Positions 1 to 10,106 are shown, counted from the first letter of the stretch. The stretch: DNA of 64,000 bases from Eubacterium sp. (GCA_051893535.1 JBJFHK010000281.1:18219-82218), one strand, 5' to 3'. The notes: generated by a model not told the origin, from the sequence alone. Program-made: numbers and translations.

Positions 1-122
1 AGGAATCCGTCCCTGTTTTAATACATTTCCGGAAGATCCTGGAACACACCACTGTGCGTAAACCGTTTCTGCTTCCGGCAGTATATTCTCTGTTATGAGT
101 GGTTCATCCGAACCCTTAAAAA

Positions 123-281
123 CTACTCCTTCGGGGAGAACTCGTCCTTGCCTACTCCGCATACCGGGCATGTCCAGTCATCCGGAAGATCTTCAAACTT
201 TGTTCCCGGAGCTACTCCGTTATCCGGATCACCCTTTGCAGGATCGTACTCATATCCACATGTGTCACATACGTAAATCAT
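123..281 (-). CDS. Rubredoxin (52 aa; absent from ORF track)
   Basis: Manual translation [52 protein letters not shown]: two CxxC motifs and the rubredoxin signature; GGAGG RBS upstream. Confidence 0.97.
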   Translation of the reverse strand: MIYVCDTCGYEYDPAKGDPDNGVAPGTKFEDLPDDWTCPVCGVGKDEFSPKE

Positions 282-392
282 AATTTCCTCCTTGTTGAGA
301 CGTTTCAGTCAGATATATTCGCTTCCGGGACCTTTCCCCGGACACGTTACTGTTATTATACCGTAACTTGCTTGGTTTTACCCATGTATTTT

Positions 393-1076
393 TCAAGAAA
401 TCTGGTTTTTCTTCTTGCTGCTTATCTTTTGCCGGCAAAAATCAATGAGACAGGAGACAAGCAGCACCCAGGCAAGTCCCAGGGTCCAGCCGCCCAGCAC
501 ATCGCTGACGTAATGCACGCCGCAGAACAGGCGCGTCCAGCCGATCAGCGGGATCAGAAGGCCGAACACGACGGTCAGCACATTCTTCTTATACCGTGAA
601 AGGCTGCTCCTCCGGATCAGGAAAATCACCATGCCGTAGAAGATCAGGCCGTTCATGGAGTGGCCGCTCGGAAAACTGTAGCCATGTTCGATCACGAGCC
701 ATCTGGCCGGATTCGGGCGCGGCCGGGCGATCACGGTCTTCAGGATTTTATAGGGAATCAGGCCCAGCGACGAAGAAAGTGCCAGCGGCAGACCGTACTC
801 TCTTCTGGTACGCGGTATGGCCAGCAGAACCGCAATCACAGCGATAATAAAGTACTTATGTGCCAGATAGGTGATCGGAACCAGAAGGCGGTCTGTGAAG
901 CCGTTTCTGGTGCTGTAGGCGAAGTACTGGACCTTGTGATCGATTCCATGCGTATATCCGTGAATGACAAGCCACGCGATTACGCAGAACAGCGCGATGA
1001 AGCAGATGCCGCCGATGACCCTTCCCCGGAACCGGTATGTCCTCTGCTCTGGATTAATATATGCAGTTGAATTCAT
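393..1076 (-). CDS. PAP2 family membrane phosphatase (undecaprenyl-PP/phosphatidylglycerophosphatase-like)
   Basis: KxxxxRPRP, SFPSGH and TRLFCGVHYVSDV motifs; start set at MNSTAY (1076) after a GGGGAGG RBS. Confidence 0.9.
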   Translation of the reverse strand: MNSTAYINPEQRTYRFRGRVIGGICFIALFCVIAWLVIHGYTHGIDHKVQYFAYSTRNGFTDRLLVPITYLAHKYFIIAVIAVLLAIPRTRREYGLPLALSSSLGLIPYKILKTVIARPRPNPARWLVIEHGYSFPSGHSMNGLIFYGMVIFLIRRSSLSRYKKNVLTVVFGLLIPLIGWTRLFCGVHYVSDVLGGWTLGLAWVLLVSCLIDFCRQKISSKKKNQIS

Positions 1077-1285
1077 GTCTATCCTCCCCTGTTTTCGCAT
1101 TCGTACTATCATACCACAAGTGCATGCTTTTGCATACGAAGAAAGCAGGATGTTTTCCGTCCGGTCACTGCCCTGCCTTGATTCTGTGCCTTTTTCTCTT
1201 TATACTTAAATCAGATTCTAAGATAAGATTCAGAGAAATCCGGGCAGCCGCTTCTGCCGGCCCGGTGATAACAGGAGATATCATT

Positions 1286-2026
1286 ATGAGTAAATTACGT
1301 AATCTTCCTGCTTTATGCAGGGTGGCAAACTCTCTGCGTGTGTTCAATCACTATGAGAAAGATATTCTCGCAGCCAGAGAGACAGGAGATCCGGCAAAGG
1401 ACCGCGAAGTCACGGGACATGCGGCTTATCTGTGGGCGCAGGACGCCTGCCGCCGGCTGCGTCTGACGGTAACGGTCACCGGTCAGGAAAATCTTCCGAA
1501 AGAGGATGGCTTTCTGGTAATTGCCAACCATCAGGGCTACGCGGATATTCTTTCCCTTCTGATCGCCATGGATGAACGGCAGATCGGCTTTATCGCAAAG
1601 GATTCTCTGGAAAAAGTCCCGATGCTGGGACGCTGGATCCGGAATATCGGAGGCCTTTTCCTGAAGCGCGGAAACCCGCGTGAAGCGATGAAAAGCCTGC
1701 AGGAAGGCGCGAACAGACTGAAGCAGGGCTATAACCTGGTCATCTTCCCTGAAGGCACAAGAAGCCGTGAGACACGGATGCGCCACTTCAAACGCGGAAG
1801 CTTTAAAATGGCCTTCAAGGCAAAAGTACCGATCGTTCCGGTTACCCTGGAAGGCGCCTACCATGTCTATGAAGAAACGGGCGTCTATCATCCGGCAGAA
1901 CTGCACGTACGAATTCATCCTTATGTAGAAACTGCGGATCTGGACCGCCACGCCCAGAATGAGGCGGAAAACCAGATTGAAGAGACCATCCGGCAGGCGC
2001 TGCCGAATCCGGAGGTACTGGAATAG
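1286..2026 (+). CDS. plsC: 1-acyl-sn-glycerol-3-phosphate acyltransferase
   Basis: NHQGYAD (HxxxxD) and IFPEGTRS motifs; AGGAG RBS before ATG 1286. Confidence 0.88.
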   Translation: MSKLRNLPALCRVANSLRVFNHYEKDILAARETGDPAKDREVTGHAAYLWAQDACRRLRLTVTVTGQENLPKEDGFLVIANHQGYADILSLLIAMDERQIGFIAKDSLEKVPMLGRWIRNIGGLFLKRGNPREAMKSLQEGANRLKQGYNLVIFPEGTRSRETRMRHFKRGSFKMAFKAKVPIVPVTLEGAYHVYEETGVYHPAELHVRIHPYVETADLDRHAQNEAENQIEETIRQALPNPEVLE

Positions 2027-2053
2027 GCGTTCATTTGAATTGAAGGAATGACA

Positions 2054-2090
2054 AAACCGCTGCCACCATCAAGGTTACAGCGGTTTATTT
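2054..2090. terminator. Probable bidirectional intrinsic terminator between convergent plsC and sanA-like genes
   Basis: AAACCGCTG...CAGCGGTTT stem with A/T flanks. Confidence 0.55.
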
Positions 2091-2167
2091 GTTTGGGAAA
2101 ACGACCCCCGTCAAAGTTACGGACTCATCAAAATGCCCGTACTTCCTTGTCTGTTTGTTTTTTGTCC

Positions 2168-2878
2168 CTACTCTCCGTGGCTGCTGACGCCGCTTCCGGT
2201 GATCGGAATCTTGCTGCCGCCCACGGTTGGGCTGGCGTGTCTGGCGACATTGATCATGTCCTTTACCCGCGCCAGGACTTCGCGGAAATTGCGGTAGGTC
2301 TGCCCGCTGTATGAGCCCTGATCGGAGGCTGCACCCTGCACCCTGATGCCGAGCTTGTCGGCGATGTAAAGGGAACGGTACAGATGATAGGACTGTGTCA
2401 CAACGACGGCGCGCTTTACCTCGAAAATGGACTGTGCGCGGTACATGGAATCGTAGGTGCAGAATCCCGCGTGGTCACAGAAGGTCTTGCTGTCCGGGAT
2501 TCCCTCTCTGCGCATATACATCAGCATGACGTGTATTTCATTATGCTGGACGGTTCCGTTGTCCCCGGTCAGGAGGATCTTCGGCGCTACTCCGGCCTTA
2601 TACAGCATGACGGCCGTATCCAGACGGTCCTTCAGCATGTCTGAAGGCTCGATGCTGTTCTTGATGCCGGCCCCCAGCACGATGATACACTGGGGGTTCA
2701 GCTTCTTGAATTTCACCTTCTGGGCAGCGGTTAATGTCTGACTGTCACTCGTCATCGTTACGGTCTTCTTCGGAGACTCCTGACTGCACATCCAGGCGTT
2801 CATCCCTACGATTATGATGAAGATCAGCATGAAGAGCAGGAAAATCCATTTTATTAATGTCTTGATGATTCTCCGCAT
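2168..2878 (-). CDS. SanA/YdcF (DUF218) family protein
   Basis: N-terminal TM; IIVLGAG, DRLD, LLTGDN, DHAGFCTYDS, VTQSYHLYR and REVLARVK motifs. Confidence 0.88.
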   Translation of the reverse strand: MRRIIKTLIKWIFLLFMLIFIIIVGMNAWMCSQESPKKTVTMTSDSQTLTAAQKVKFKKLNPQCIIVLGAGIKNSIEPSDMLKDRLDTAVMLYKAGVAPKILLTGDNGTVQHNEIHVMLMYMRREGIPDSKTFCDHAGFCTYDSMYRAQSIFEVKRAVVVTQSYHLYRSLYIADKLGIRVQGAASDQGSYSGQTYRNFREVLARVKDMINVARHASPTVGGSKIPITGSGVSSHGE

Positions 2879-2887
2879 GCTTCACTC

Positions 2888-4885
2888 CTACTCTGTCGTA
2901 CTGATAATCGTGTTATCCGACTTGTCAACCTGGCTGACCTTCATGTACTTCGCCTCGCTCGGGTCGACTTTCTTCTTCAGAACCAGCAGCTGTGGCGTCA
3001 GGTACTTGGTGCTCAGAGTCTTTCCGTGCAGCGTGATCTTACTCTGCTCGGTGAAGTTCTCTCCCTGGATATAGTACTTGCCGGAAACTTCCACAACCTT
3101 CTTGACCTTGATGGTCTTTACGCCCATCTTCATGCCGGCCTTCGGGAATTTCTTTCCGCCGTAGATATAGCGCTTGCCGTACAGCATATCGTATCCGAGC
3201 AGCTTGAGGTTCTTCAGATAGTTCTTGCTGTGATGGTTAACCTGCTGGTGGTACTCGATGGTTGTTCCGTTATGGATGCCGAGGCGGTTGAAGATGTATG
3301 CGGCAAGCTGGTATGCATGCATGTTCTTATGGATTCTCTTCATCTTATAGTTGCTCCAGACGACGTACTGGGTCTGATACAGACTCGGCAGTGCGTAATT
3401 GTCCGAAGTGACATCCAGTGCCGGAATATGGTCTCCGTACATAACCAGGATGGTCGGCTCTTTATACTTGGAAAGTGTATTCGTCAGCTGTTTTACGAAC
3501 TGATCCATTTCATAGATCTGGTTGACGTAGTACTCGTACTTATTCTTCAGCTCTTCATTCGGCGCCTTTGTGACCTTTATCTTCGGATTTGTCAGCACCT
3601 TGTCGGACGGATATTTTCCGTGTCCCTGAACAGAAATCGTGTAGATGTAATCTCTGTTCTTAGTGGATTTCATTGCATCCATGATCTGTGAGGTCAGGAT
3701 CTTGTCCTTCTCCCAGCCCTTCGGCGTCTTCTCGACGTTCGGCATGTATTCTACCGAGGTGAATGTATTATATCCAATGTTATTGAATACGGTATTTCTG
3801 TTGTAGAACATGGCTCTGTGATCGTGGATTGCATGCGCGGAATATCCGATGTCACGCAGATCCCAAGCGATACTTTCTGCCGTCTCATCCTTCAGAACGG
3901 ACTTGAACGGATATTCTCCAGGTCCGAAGAACTTGATGCTGAGTCCGGTCATGACCTCAAACTCGGTGTTCGCTGTACCAGCTCCGCAGGCCGGAACAGT
4001 CAGATTTCCGGATGAATAGTTCTTCATCAGACTGCGGTAATACGGAATCGGATCCTGTGAGTACTTGATATTGGTAAACAGAGTAGGATCAACAAAGGAC
4101 TCCAGCTGCAGGAACAGGATATTCGGCTTGTTCTCTGTATTTGCCGAGTTGTTTTTCTCGAATTTCACGGTACCGTTCTTTGTCAGATCCTTCTTTGGAA
4201 GAACCTTCTGCACAGCGGTCTTGCTGTAGTTGGCCGGCCTCTTGATTCCGGTATTCATCCAGGTATTGATAAAGCAGTACGGAACTCCGTAATCTTCATA
4301 TGCATATGCCAGATTTCCGAAGAAAGTTGCCAGGTTGCCGGTCTTGATCAGTCCTGCAGTCGCTCCGAACGCGGCCAGAATGATCAGGACCACCGTAATC
4401 AGGCTCTTTTTAAAATGAATATTTCCCGTCCTCTTAGGGCCCTTGATGAACAGCAGGATAAATATGATCAGCAGCACAGCCACCGCGCCGAACATCAGGA
4501 AGAGCTGAATCTTCGAGAAATAGTTCGTCATGATCGTCGCACCGTCGGCCATGGAACTGAAATCCTTCACCGTAAACGGCGTCATACGCTGTGACAGAAT
4601 GATTCCGTTCGTCACACCGATGGCCATCCATACAGATGAGATCAGTGTCAGTACAAATGTGCTCCTTCGGAACAGCGCCGACACAACGAGCGTTGCATAG
4701 ATGATCAGAACGTTGTCAAAAAAGGCAAGCGGTCTGGTCACCATAAAATAGAGTCCGCCATATCCCGGCATGGAATGTCTGGCCAGCGTCTCAATGATCA
4801 GATTAAAGATAAACGCCAGAATCAGATCCCATACGAATGGATTACGGACCTTCGGATTATGATAGAATTGCTTCAGTTTATTCAT
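2888..4885 (-). CDS. LTA synthase (LtaS)/sulfatase family membrane protein
   Basis: Several N-terminal TM segments; NILFLQLESF, GTANTEFEVMTG, QGHGKY and YGDH motifs. Confidence 0.88.
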   Translation of the reverse strand: MNKLKQFYHNPKVRNPFVWDLILAFIFNLIIETLARHSMPGYGGLYFMVTRPLAFFDNVLIIYATLVVSALFRRSTFVLTLISSVWMAIGVTNGIILSQRMTPFTVKDFSSMADGATIMTNYFSKIQLFLMFGAVAVLLIIFILLFIKGPKRTGNIHFKKSLITVVLIILAAFGATAGLIKTGNLATFFGNLAYAYEDYGVPYCFINTWMNTGIKRPANYSKTAVQKVLPKKDLTKNGTVKFEKNNSANTENKPNILFLQLESFVDPTLFTNIKYSQDPIPYYRSLMKNYSSGNLTVPACGAGTANTEFEVMTGLSIKFFGPGEYPFKSVLKDETAESIAWDLRDIGYSAHAIHDHRAMFYNRNTVFNNIGYNTFTSVEYMPNVEKTPKGWEKDKILTSQIMDAMKSTKNRDYIYTISVQGHGKYPSDKVLTNPKIKVTKAPNEELKNKYEYYVNQIYEMDQFVKQLTNTLSKYKEPTILVMYGDHIPALDVTSDNYALPSLYQTQYVVWSNYKMKRIHKNMHAYQLAAYIFNRLGIHNGTTIEYHQQVNHHSKNYLKNLKLLGYDMLYGKRYIYGGKKFPKAGMKMGVKTIKVKKVVEVSGKYYIQGENFTEQSKITLHGKTLSTKYLTPQLLVLKKKVDPSEAKYMKVSQVDKSDNTIISTTE

Positions 4886-4945
4886 CAGCTTTCACTCCAC
4901 TCTCTGGTTCCGGAAATAACATCCGGTCCCTCTCCCATTTCCCTT

Positions 4946-5800
4946 TTATTTTTCCGCGAACATATCCGACAGGCGGCCGAATTCCTCCAGACTCAGAGTT
5001 TCTGCACGCCTTCGCGGGTCGATCTCCGCACGTTCCAGAGCGCCGCGGATGCGGTCCCTGCTTTCGCCCATGGTCATCAGTGAGTTCAGCAGAGTTTTTC
5101 TTCTCTGGCTGAATCCCGCCTTGACGCAGCGGAAGAACATCGCCTCGTCCTTTACATCGACAGCCGGTTTGCTGCGGACATCCAGACGCAGAACCGCGGA
5201 ATCCACCTTCGGCTGCGGCATAAAGCACTGGCGCGGCACTTCCATCACCTCAGACACTTCACAGTAATACTGAACCGTGACCGACAGCGCGCCGTAGGTG
5301 CGGCTTCCTGGGTTGGCCCGGATGCGGTCCGCAACCTCCTTCTGCATCATAATCACGATGCACTCTGCCGGAACATGCTCCGTCAGCAGTTTCATGATAA
5401 TCGGCGTCGTGATGTAATACGGAAGATTGCCGAGCACCTTCACCCGGCCGCAGCTTCCCCGCTCGTCCGCGATGATCTGATTCAAATCCGCCTTCAGCAC
5501 ATCCTGCTGGATCACGTGGACATTGGAAAACTCTGCCAGCGTATCATGCAGAACCTCAACCATGTGCGGATCGATTTCAATGGACGCGGCTTTTCCGGCC
5601 CGCCGGCAGATTTCTGATGTCAGCACACCGATGCCAGGCCCGATTTCCAGGACAAAATCATCCTGACCAAGGGCTGCACCTTCCGCGATTCCGTCTATGA
5701 CATCCGGATCAATCAGGAAATTCTGTCCGAAACTTTTCGCGAACTGAAAACCATATTTATTCTTTAACAGTTTGATCGTTAATGGATTGTAAAGCTCCAT
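4946..5800 (-). CDS. rsmA: 16S rRNA m6,2A dimethyltransferase
   Basis: KSFGQNFL, LEIGPGIG, NLPYYITTP, RRKTL and RRAETL motifs. Confidence 0.97.
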   Translation of the reverse strand: MELYNPLTIKLLKNKYGFQFAKSFGQNFLIDPDVIDGIAEGAALGQDDFVLEIGPGIGVLTSEICRRAGKAASIEIDPHMVEVLHDTLAEFSNVHVIQQDVLKADLNQIIADERGSCGRVKVLGNLPYYITTPIIMKLLTEHVPAECIVIMMQKEVADRIRANPGSRTYGALSVTVQYYCEVSEVMEVPRQCFMPQPKVDSAVLRLDVRSKPAVDVKDEAMFFRCVKAGFSQRRKTLLNSLMTMGESRDRIRGALERAEIDPRRRAETLSLEEFGRLSDMFAEK

Positions 5801-6332
5801 AAAACTCCTCTCTGCTGATATTAAATCCGTTCAGTTTCTTCAGCATGGCACGCGCATTTCCATAACCGATCCCCAGGAGATCGCCCAGCGCCTGCCTTCT
5901 GGCGCGGCTGCCGCTGCCTCCGCACAGGCCGTTTTCCAGCATGTCCTCCCAGCTGATGGCAGGCTCGCACTGCCCGGACTGACTGCATACCGTGCAGTGC
6001 GCCTTGGAAAGCGCTTCCCGGATATCTTCCGGCTTCGCATTTTCCACGCCGATATTATCCTTCTTCATGGCCTGTGACCTCGGAAGGAAGGCCTGCCCTG
6101 CGTCAGGAAACCGTTCCGTCACTTTTTTACGGATTCGTTCTCCTGCAGAGTCCGGGTCCGTAAAGACGATGATTCCCTTCTTCTTATATGCAGCCCCGAT
6201 GCGTTTCCACATTTCTTCGCTGAGTCCGAATCCATGAGTCTCGATCGTCTCCGCGTCAACTGCGCGGTGGACGGCTGCTGTATCATCGCGGCCTTCTACC
6301 ACAATTACTTCTTTTATTTTTATTTTATCCAT
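5757..6332 (-). CDS. rnmV: Ribonuclease M5 (Toprim)
   Basis: IKEVIVVEGRDD, FTDPDSAGERIR, GVENA; adjacent to rsmA; alternative start 6347. Confidence 0.93.
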   Translation of the reverse strand: MDKIKIKEVIVVEGRDDTAAVHRAVDAETIETHGFGLSEEMWKRIGAAYKKKGIIVFTDPDSAGERIRKKVTERFPDAGQAFLPRSQAMKKDNIGVENAKPEDIREALSKAHCTVCSQSGQCEPAISWEDMLENGLCGGSGSRARRQALGDLLGIGYGNARAMLKKLNGFNISREEFYGALQSINDQTVKE

Positions 6333-6445
6333 ATTATATTCCCGCATCCATTCACATCATCTCTGCAGGCAGAAACACCTTCTGCCGCATTCCTCCGGCC
6401 TGAAACATCCTGCGTCTGTTCATTCCTGTAACAGGCAGTATGAAT

Positions 6446-6790
6446 CTACTTCGATGATGAACTGTTTCCGGACTTGCTGCTTCCGGAAGAACTGTCCTTT
6501 AAAACATATACGACTTCTCCCGGCTTGATCATATGCAGCTGCGTTCTCGCCTGCTGCTCAATATAGCTGTCCTTGTTCACACTCTTCAACTCTTCCTGAA
6601 GCTCCGAGCGTTTCGTCTTCAGCTGGGAGTTCTTTGACTTCAGCTGATTCTGCTCGCTCTGCAGCTGCAGAACAGTGTGAATGGAAACCCCGCTCGCGCC
6701 GAGCAGGACTACCATGATCAGTGTCAGAGCCAATCTGGACGGGTTGAATCTGACCTTTTTCTTTTTTCTTTTTCTGCTGTTTGCGCTCAT
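6446..6790 (-). CDS. Septum formation initiator (DivIC/FtsB family)
   Basis: Basic N-tail, one TM, coiled coil, YIEQQARTQLHMIKPGE motif. Confidence 0.85.
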   Translation of the reverse strand: MSANSRKRKKKKVRFNPSRLALTLIMVVLLGASGVSIHTVLQLQSEQNQLKSKNSQLKTKRSELQEELKSVNKDSYIEQQARTQLHMIKPGEVVYVLKDSSSGSSKSGNSSSSK

Positions 6791-6793
6791 TGT

Positions 6794-8065
6794 CTACCCT
6801 AACTGATGCTGCCAGACTTCTGCTTCTTTCATCCGTTCTTCCACACAGCTGCACTGTTCTCCCAGATCTGTAATTCCGGTATCGCCGCATTTCTCACAGC
6901 GGTGATGGATATCCGTGTATCCCATATCGTAATTATGATCCGTCAGAAGAACCGCACGTTCTTCTGCAAGGCGGTCCATCTGTGCGCGTTTTCCAGCTTC
7001 TTCCGAATCCCGGCCCTGGAGCATCGCTTTGGTCAGATCCGAACTCAGCTGACGTGTTTCTTCATCAATTTCTTTAATGCGCGGAATCTTTTCATATACT
7101 TCCTGAAGACGCTCCTGCGCCTCTTTTTCTTCCGTGCGCCTCAGATATTCATAGTACTGGTTCAGAACAGCCTGTGTAACCGGCTTTCTCGCATTGACAT
7201 CCCGTTTCTGCTTATCCGCTTCTGTCTTCCAGTTCTTCAGAACCTTATCGACATAATTAAAATTCGGATTAGAGATACCGGCCGTCTTGCTGCAGGCTTC
7301 CAGTATTTTGTCAATATTATAGCCCATATCGTCGAACCAGCTGTCCATCATATTTTTCTCGGCTTCCGTTGCGTTTCTGGTAAAACCGAGAGCCTGAAGA
7401 ATTCTGCGGTACTGATAGTACCTCTGGTCCACATCCTGCAGATAATCCTTTACCGCATCTACAGTATTCAGACCTCTGGATGCCCATCCGTGAACAACAG
7501 CCGAAATATATTTCATTCCGGTTTTATTCTTCTGCAGACAGTATTCCACACAGAACAGCACAACTTCCGGCGTAATCTTATCCTCAGTGATCCATCCGAG
7601 AATCGTTTTAACCTCTGTCGAACTCAGACTCCTGCCGAAATCACTTTCAACCTTCGAAAACAATCTCTGCAGAGAATCATTATCCAGCAGATTTTCTACT
7701 CCGCTCTGCGCATCATCCTCTGTCTCACTGCTGTCTGAAGAACCTGTTCCGTACATCTCGTCTTTCAGATTGACAAATTCAATGCACAAGTTGACATCCT
7801 TATCACCGTTGACAAAAGTTTTCCGGATCAGGCCCAGATCTTCCCAGTAATTCCATGCCTGCGCAACCAGTTTCTCACTGAGGCCCAGCTGCTCGGCAAT
7901 CATATGCTCGCTGATTTCCATTCCATACTGCGCGTACATATATCCGTAAATGAACACCTTTACATAGTCTCCCGGTGCTGCCGGAAGATATTCATTTATA
8001 AAGATGTTTTCGATATTCGTATCCCGCAGGAAGAAATCACTGATTTTTTGTCTGTAAAAATTCAT
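6794..8065 (-). CDS. DnaD-domain replication protein with C-terminal coiled-coil/Zn-finger extension
   Basis: N-terminal winged-helix-like IENIFINEYLP..YWEDLGLI; two DnaB_2-like repeats (KYISAVVHGW, NYVDKVLKNW); C-terminal CEKCGDTG..CSC. Confidence 0.88.
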   Translation of the reverse strand: MNFYRQKISDFFLRDTNIENIFINEYLPAAPGDYVKVFIYGYMYAQYGMEISEHMIAEQLGLSEKLVAQAWNYWEDLGLIRKTFVNGDKDVNLCIEFVNLKDEMYGTGSSDSSETEDDAQSGVENLLDNDSLQRLFSKVESDFGRSLSSTEVKTILGWITEDKITPEVVLFCVEYCLQKNKTGMKYISAVVHGWASRGLNTVDAVKDYLQDVDQRYYQYRRILQALGFTRNATEAEKNMMDSWFDDMGYNIDKILEACSKTAGISNPNFNYVDKVLKNWKTEADKQKRDVNARKPVTQAVLNQYYEYLRRTEEKEAQERLQEVYEKIPRIKEIDEETRQLSSDLTKAMLQGRDSEEAGKRAQMDRLAEERAVLLTDHNYDMGYTDIHHRCEKCGDTGITDLGEQCSCVEERMKEAEVWQHQLG

Positions 8066-8334
8066 CTCCGCTTTCCTCAGGATTATCCAATCTATTCTAT
8101 CCTATGTTACATCCCTGTTGTTGCAGAGTATATGTTGATTTTGTGATTTCAGCATATTCTCCATAAATACGGGAAAAACTCTCGTTTTACACCGGAGAAG
8201 GACCAGAAAAAGAAGCTGCGCCGCTTCCGGATCATTCACCGTCAGTTCACAAATTCAGATTCCGATCACATTTCTGATCAGAATGTCCGGTTGAAACGGT
8301 CTGTACTCTGCGGTCCGCTTCTGATGCAGCACGA

Positions 8335-9648
8335 CTATGCCTTGTCTGCGAACTTTGTATATCTGGCTACCCAGGTGAGTTCGATCGTTCCTGTCGGTCC
8401 GCTTCTGTGCTTTGCCAGATTGACTTCGCACACACCCGGTTTATCGGAATCCTCATTATAATAGTCATCACGGTACAGGAACATGACGATATCCGCATCC
8501 TGCTCGATGGATCCTGACTCTCTCAGGTCAGAAAGAATCGGCCGGTGGTTCGGACGCTGTTCCGGTGCACGGGAAAGCTGTGAAAGTACGATAACCGGGC
8601 AGTCCATTTCTCTGGCCAGGAGTTTCAGATAACGGGACAGATTGCTGATTTCCTGCTGCCTGCTATCTGCTCTTCCTTCACCGTGCATCAGCTGAAGATA
8701 GTCGATGACGATCAGATCCAGTCCTTTTTCCGCTTTCATTCTCCGGCATTTATTTTTAATTTCAAATACGCCGACGTCCGGTGTGTCGTCAATGAATATT
8801 GACGCACCTGCCAGTACATCGGCGGCCTGCAGAATTCTGTCCCAGTCCTCACGATTCAGATTTCCCTTTTTGATATTCTCCATGTCCACCCGGGCCTCCA
8901 TGGCCAGCAGACGCTGGCCCAGCTGCTCCTTGGACATTTCCAGGCTGAATATCATTACTTTGGCATTTCCTTTGACTGCCGCGTTCTGCGCGATATTCAG
9001 AGCAAATGCCGTCTTTCCCATTGCCGGTCTGGCGGCAACGATGACCAGGTCGGACGGATGAAGTCCGGCAGTAATGGAATCCAGCTGCTGAAAGCCTGTA
9101 GTGAGTCCGACAACCTGTCCCTGATTGCGGACTGCCTCATTGATCATATCAATGTTACTGATCAGGACTTCACTCAGCGGCGCGTAATCACTCCGCTGCC
9201 TGGACTGTGCAATAGAGAAAATACTCTTTTCCGCATAATCCAGTATGTCTTCTGCATCATCCTGACTCTGATAGCATTTTTCACGGATTTCCTCCGAACT
9301 TTTAATCAGAGCTCTCATCGACGCCATCTCCGCAACGATTTTAGCGTACTCCGACGCATTGCTGGTTGACGGGACTCCGCCGGAGAGTTCTGCCACATAG
9401 CTTCTTCCTCCGACGGCATCCAGTTCATTTCTCCGCTTCAATTCTTCGCAGACGGTAACAATATCAATCGGCTTGCCGGAGATATACATGTCTTTCATAA
9501 CATGAAAGACAGCCGCGTTAGCTTTATTATAGAAATCTTCTTCCTGAATCAGTTCCAGTGTATCTGCCAGAGCATCTCTGCTGAGAAGACCCGCTCCCAG
9601 AACAGAACGCTCAGCATCTTCATTATGTGGAGGAATTTTTCCATTCAT
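8335..9648 (-). CDS. dnaB: Replicative DNA helicase
   Basis: PPHNEDAERSVLG, AARPAMGKT, IDYLQLM, LSQLSR, LRESGSIEQDAD. Confidence 0.98.
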   Translation of the reverse strand: MNGKIPPHNEDAERSVLGAGLLSRDALADTLELIQEEDFYNKANAAVFHVMKDMYISGKPIDIVTVCEELKRRNELDAVGGRSYVAELSGGVPSTSNASEYAKIVAEMASMRALIKSSEEIREKCYQSQDDAEDILDYAEKSIFSIAQSRQRSDYAPLSEVLISNIDMINEAVRNQGQVVGLTTGFQQLDSITAGLHPSDLVIVAARPAMGKTAFALNIAQNAAVKGNAKVMIFSLEMSKEQLGQRLLAMEARVDMENIKKGNLNREDWDRILQAADVLAGASIFIDDTPDVGVFEIKNKCRRMKAEKGLDLIVIDYLQLMHGEGRADSRQQEISNLSRYLKLLAREMDCPVIVLSQLSRAPEQRPNHRPILSDLRESGSIEQDADIVMFLYRDDYYNEDSDKPGVCEVNLAKHRSGPTGTIELTWVARYTKFADKA

Positions 9649-9657
9649 ACCGCTAAA

Positions 9658-10104
9658 CTATGCCTCCGTTACGTTGACTGTCAGTTCTGCGTGAATTTCA
9701 TAATACAGCTTGACCGTTACATGGAAGGTTCCCATGCTCTTGATCGGACTGTCAAGCTGGATTTTCTTCTTGTCTGCATCGATTCCCAGCTGGCTTTTAA
9801 CTGCTTCTGCAATATCCTTGGAAGTGATGGATCCGAACAGTCTTCCGCCTTCGCCTGCTTTCGTCTTGATCTCAACAGATTTTCCGTTGATTACTTCCGC
9901 CTGCTTTTTGGCTTCTGCTCTCTTCTCTGCCTCTTCCTCCGCCTGCTGTGCTTTTTCTTTTTCCAGGCTGCGGACATTTGCCTTGGTTGCCTCTACTGCC
10001 ATTCCCTTCGGAATCAGCATGTTGCGCGCATATCCGTCACTTACCTTTACTACACTGCCTGCTTTACCTGTTCCCTTTACATCCTGCTTTAATATTACCT
10101 GCAT
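9658..10104 (-). CDS. rplI: 50S ribosomal protein L9
   Basis: MQVILKQDVKGTGKAG..VSDGYARN; GRLFGSIT. Confidence 0.98.
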   Translation of the reverse strand: MQVILKQDVKGTGKAGSVVKVSDGYARNMLIPKGMAVEATKANVRSLEKEKAQQAEEEAEKRAEAKKQAEVINGKSVEIKTKAGEGGRLFGSITSKDIAEAVKSQLGIDADKKKIQLDSPIKSMGTFHVTVKLYYEIHAELTVNVTEA

Positions 10105-10106
10105 GT

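Noticed and set aside
2063-2075. 13-nt inverted match (CCACCATCAAGGT) to 38690-38702, and an IS-end-like look at 2102-2125
   Set aside because: A 13-mer match is expected by chance in 64 kb, and there is no transposase or partner inverted repeat.
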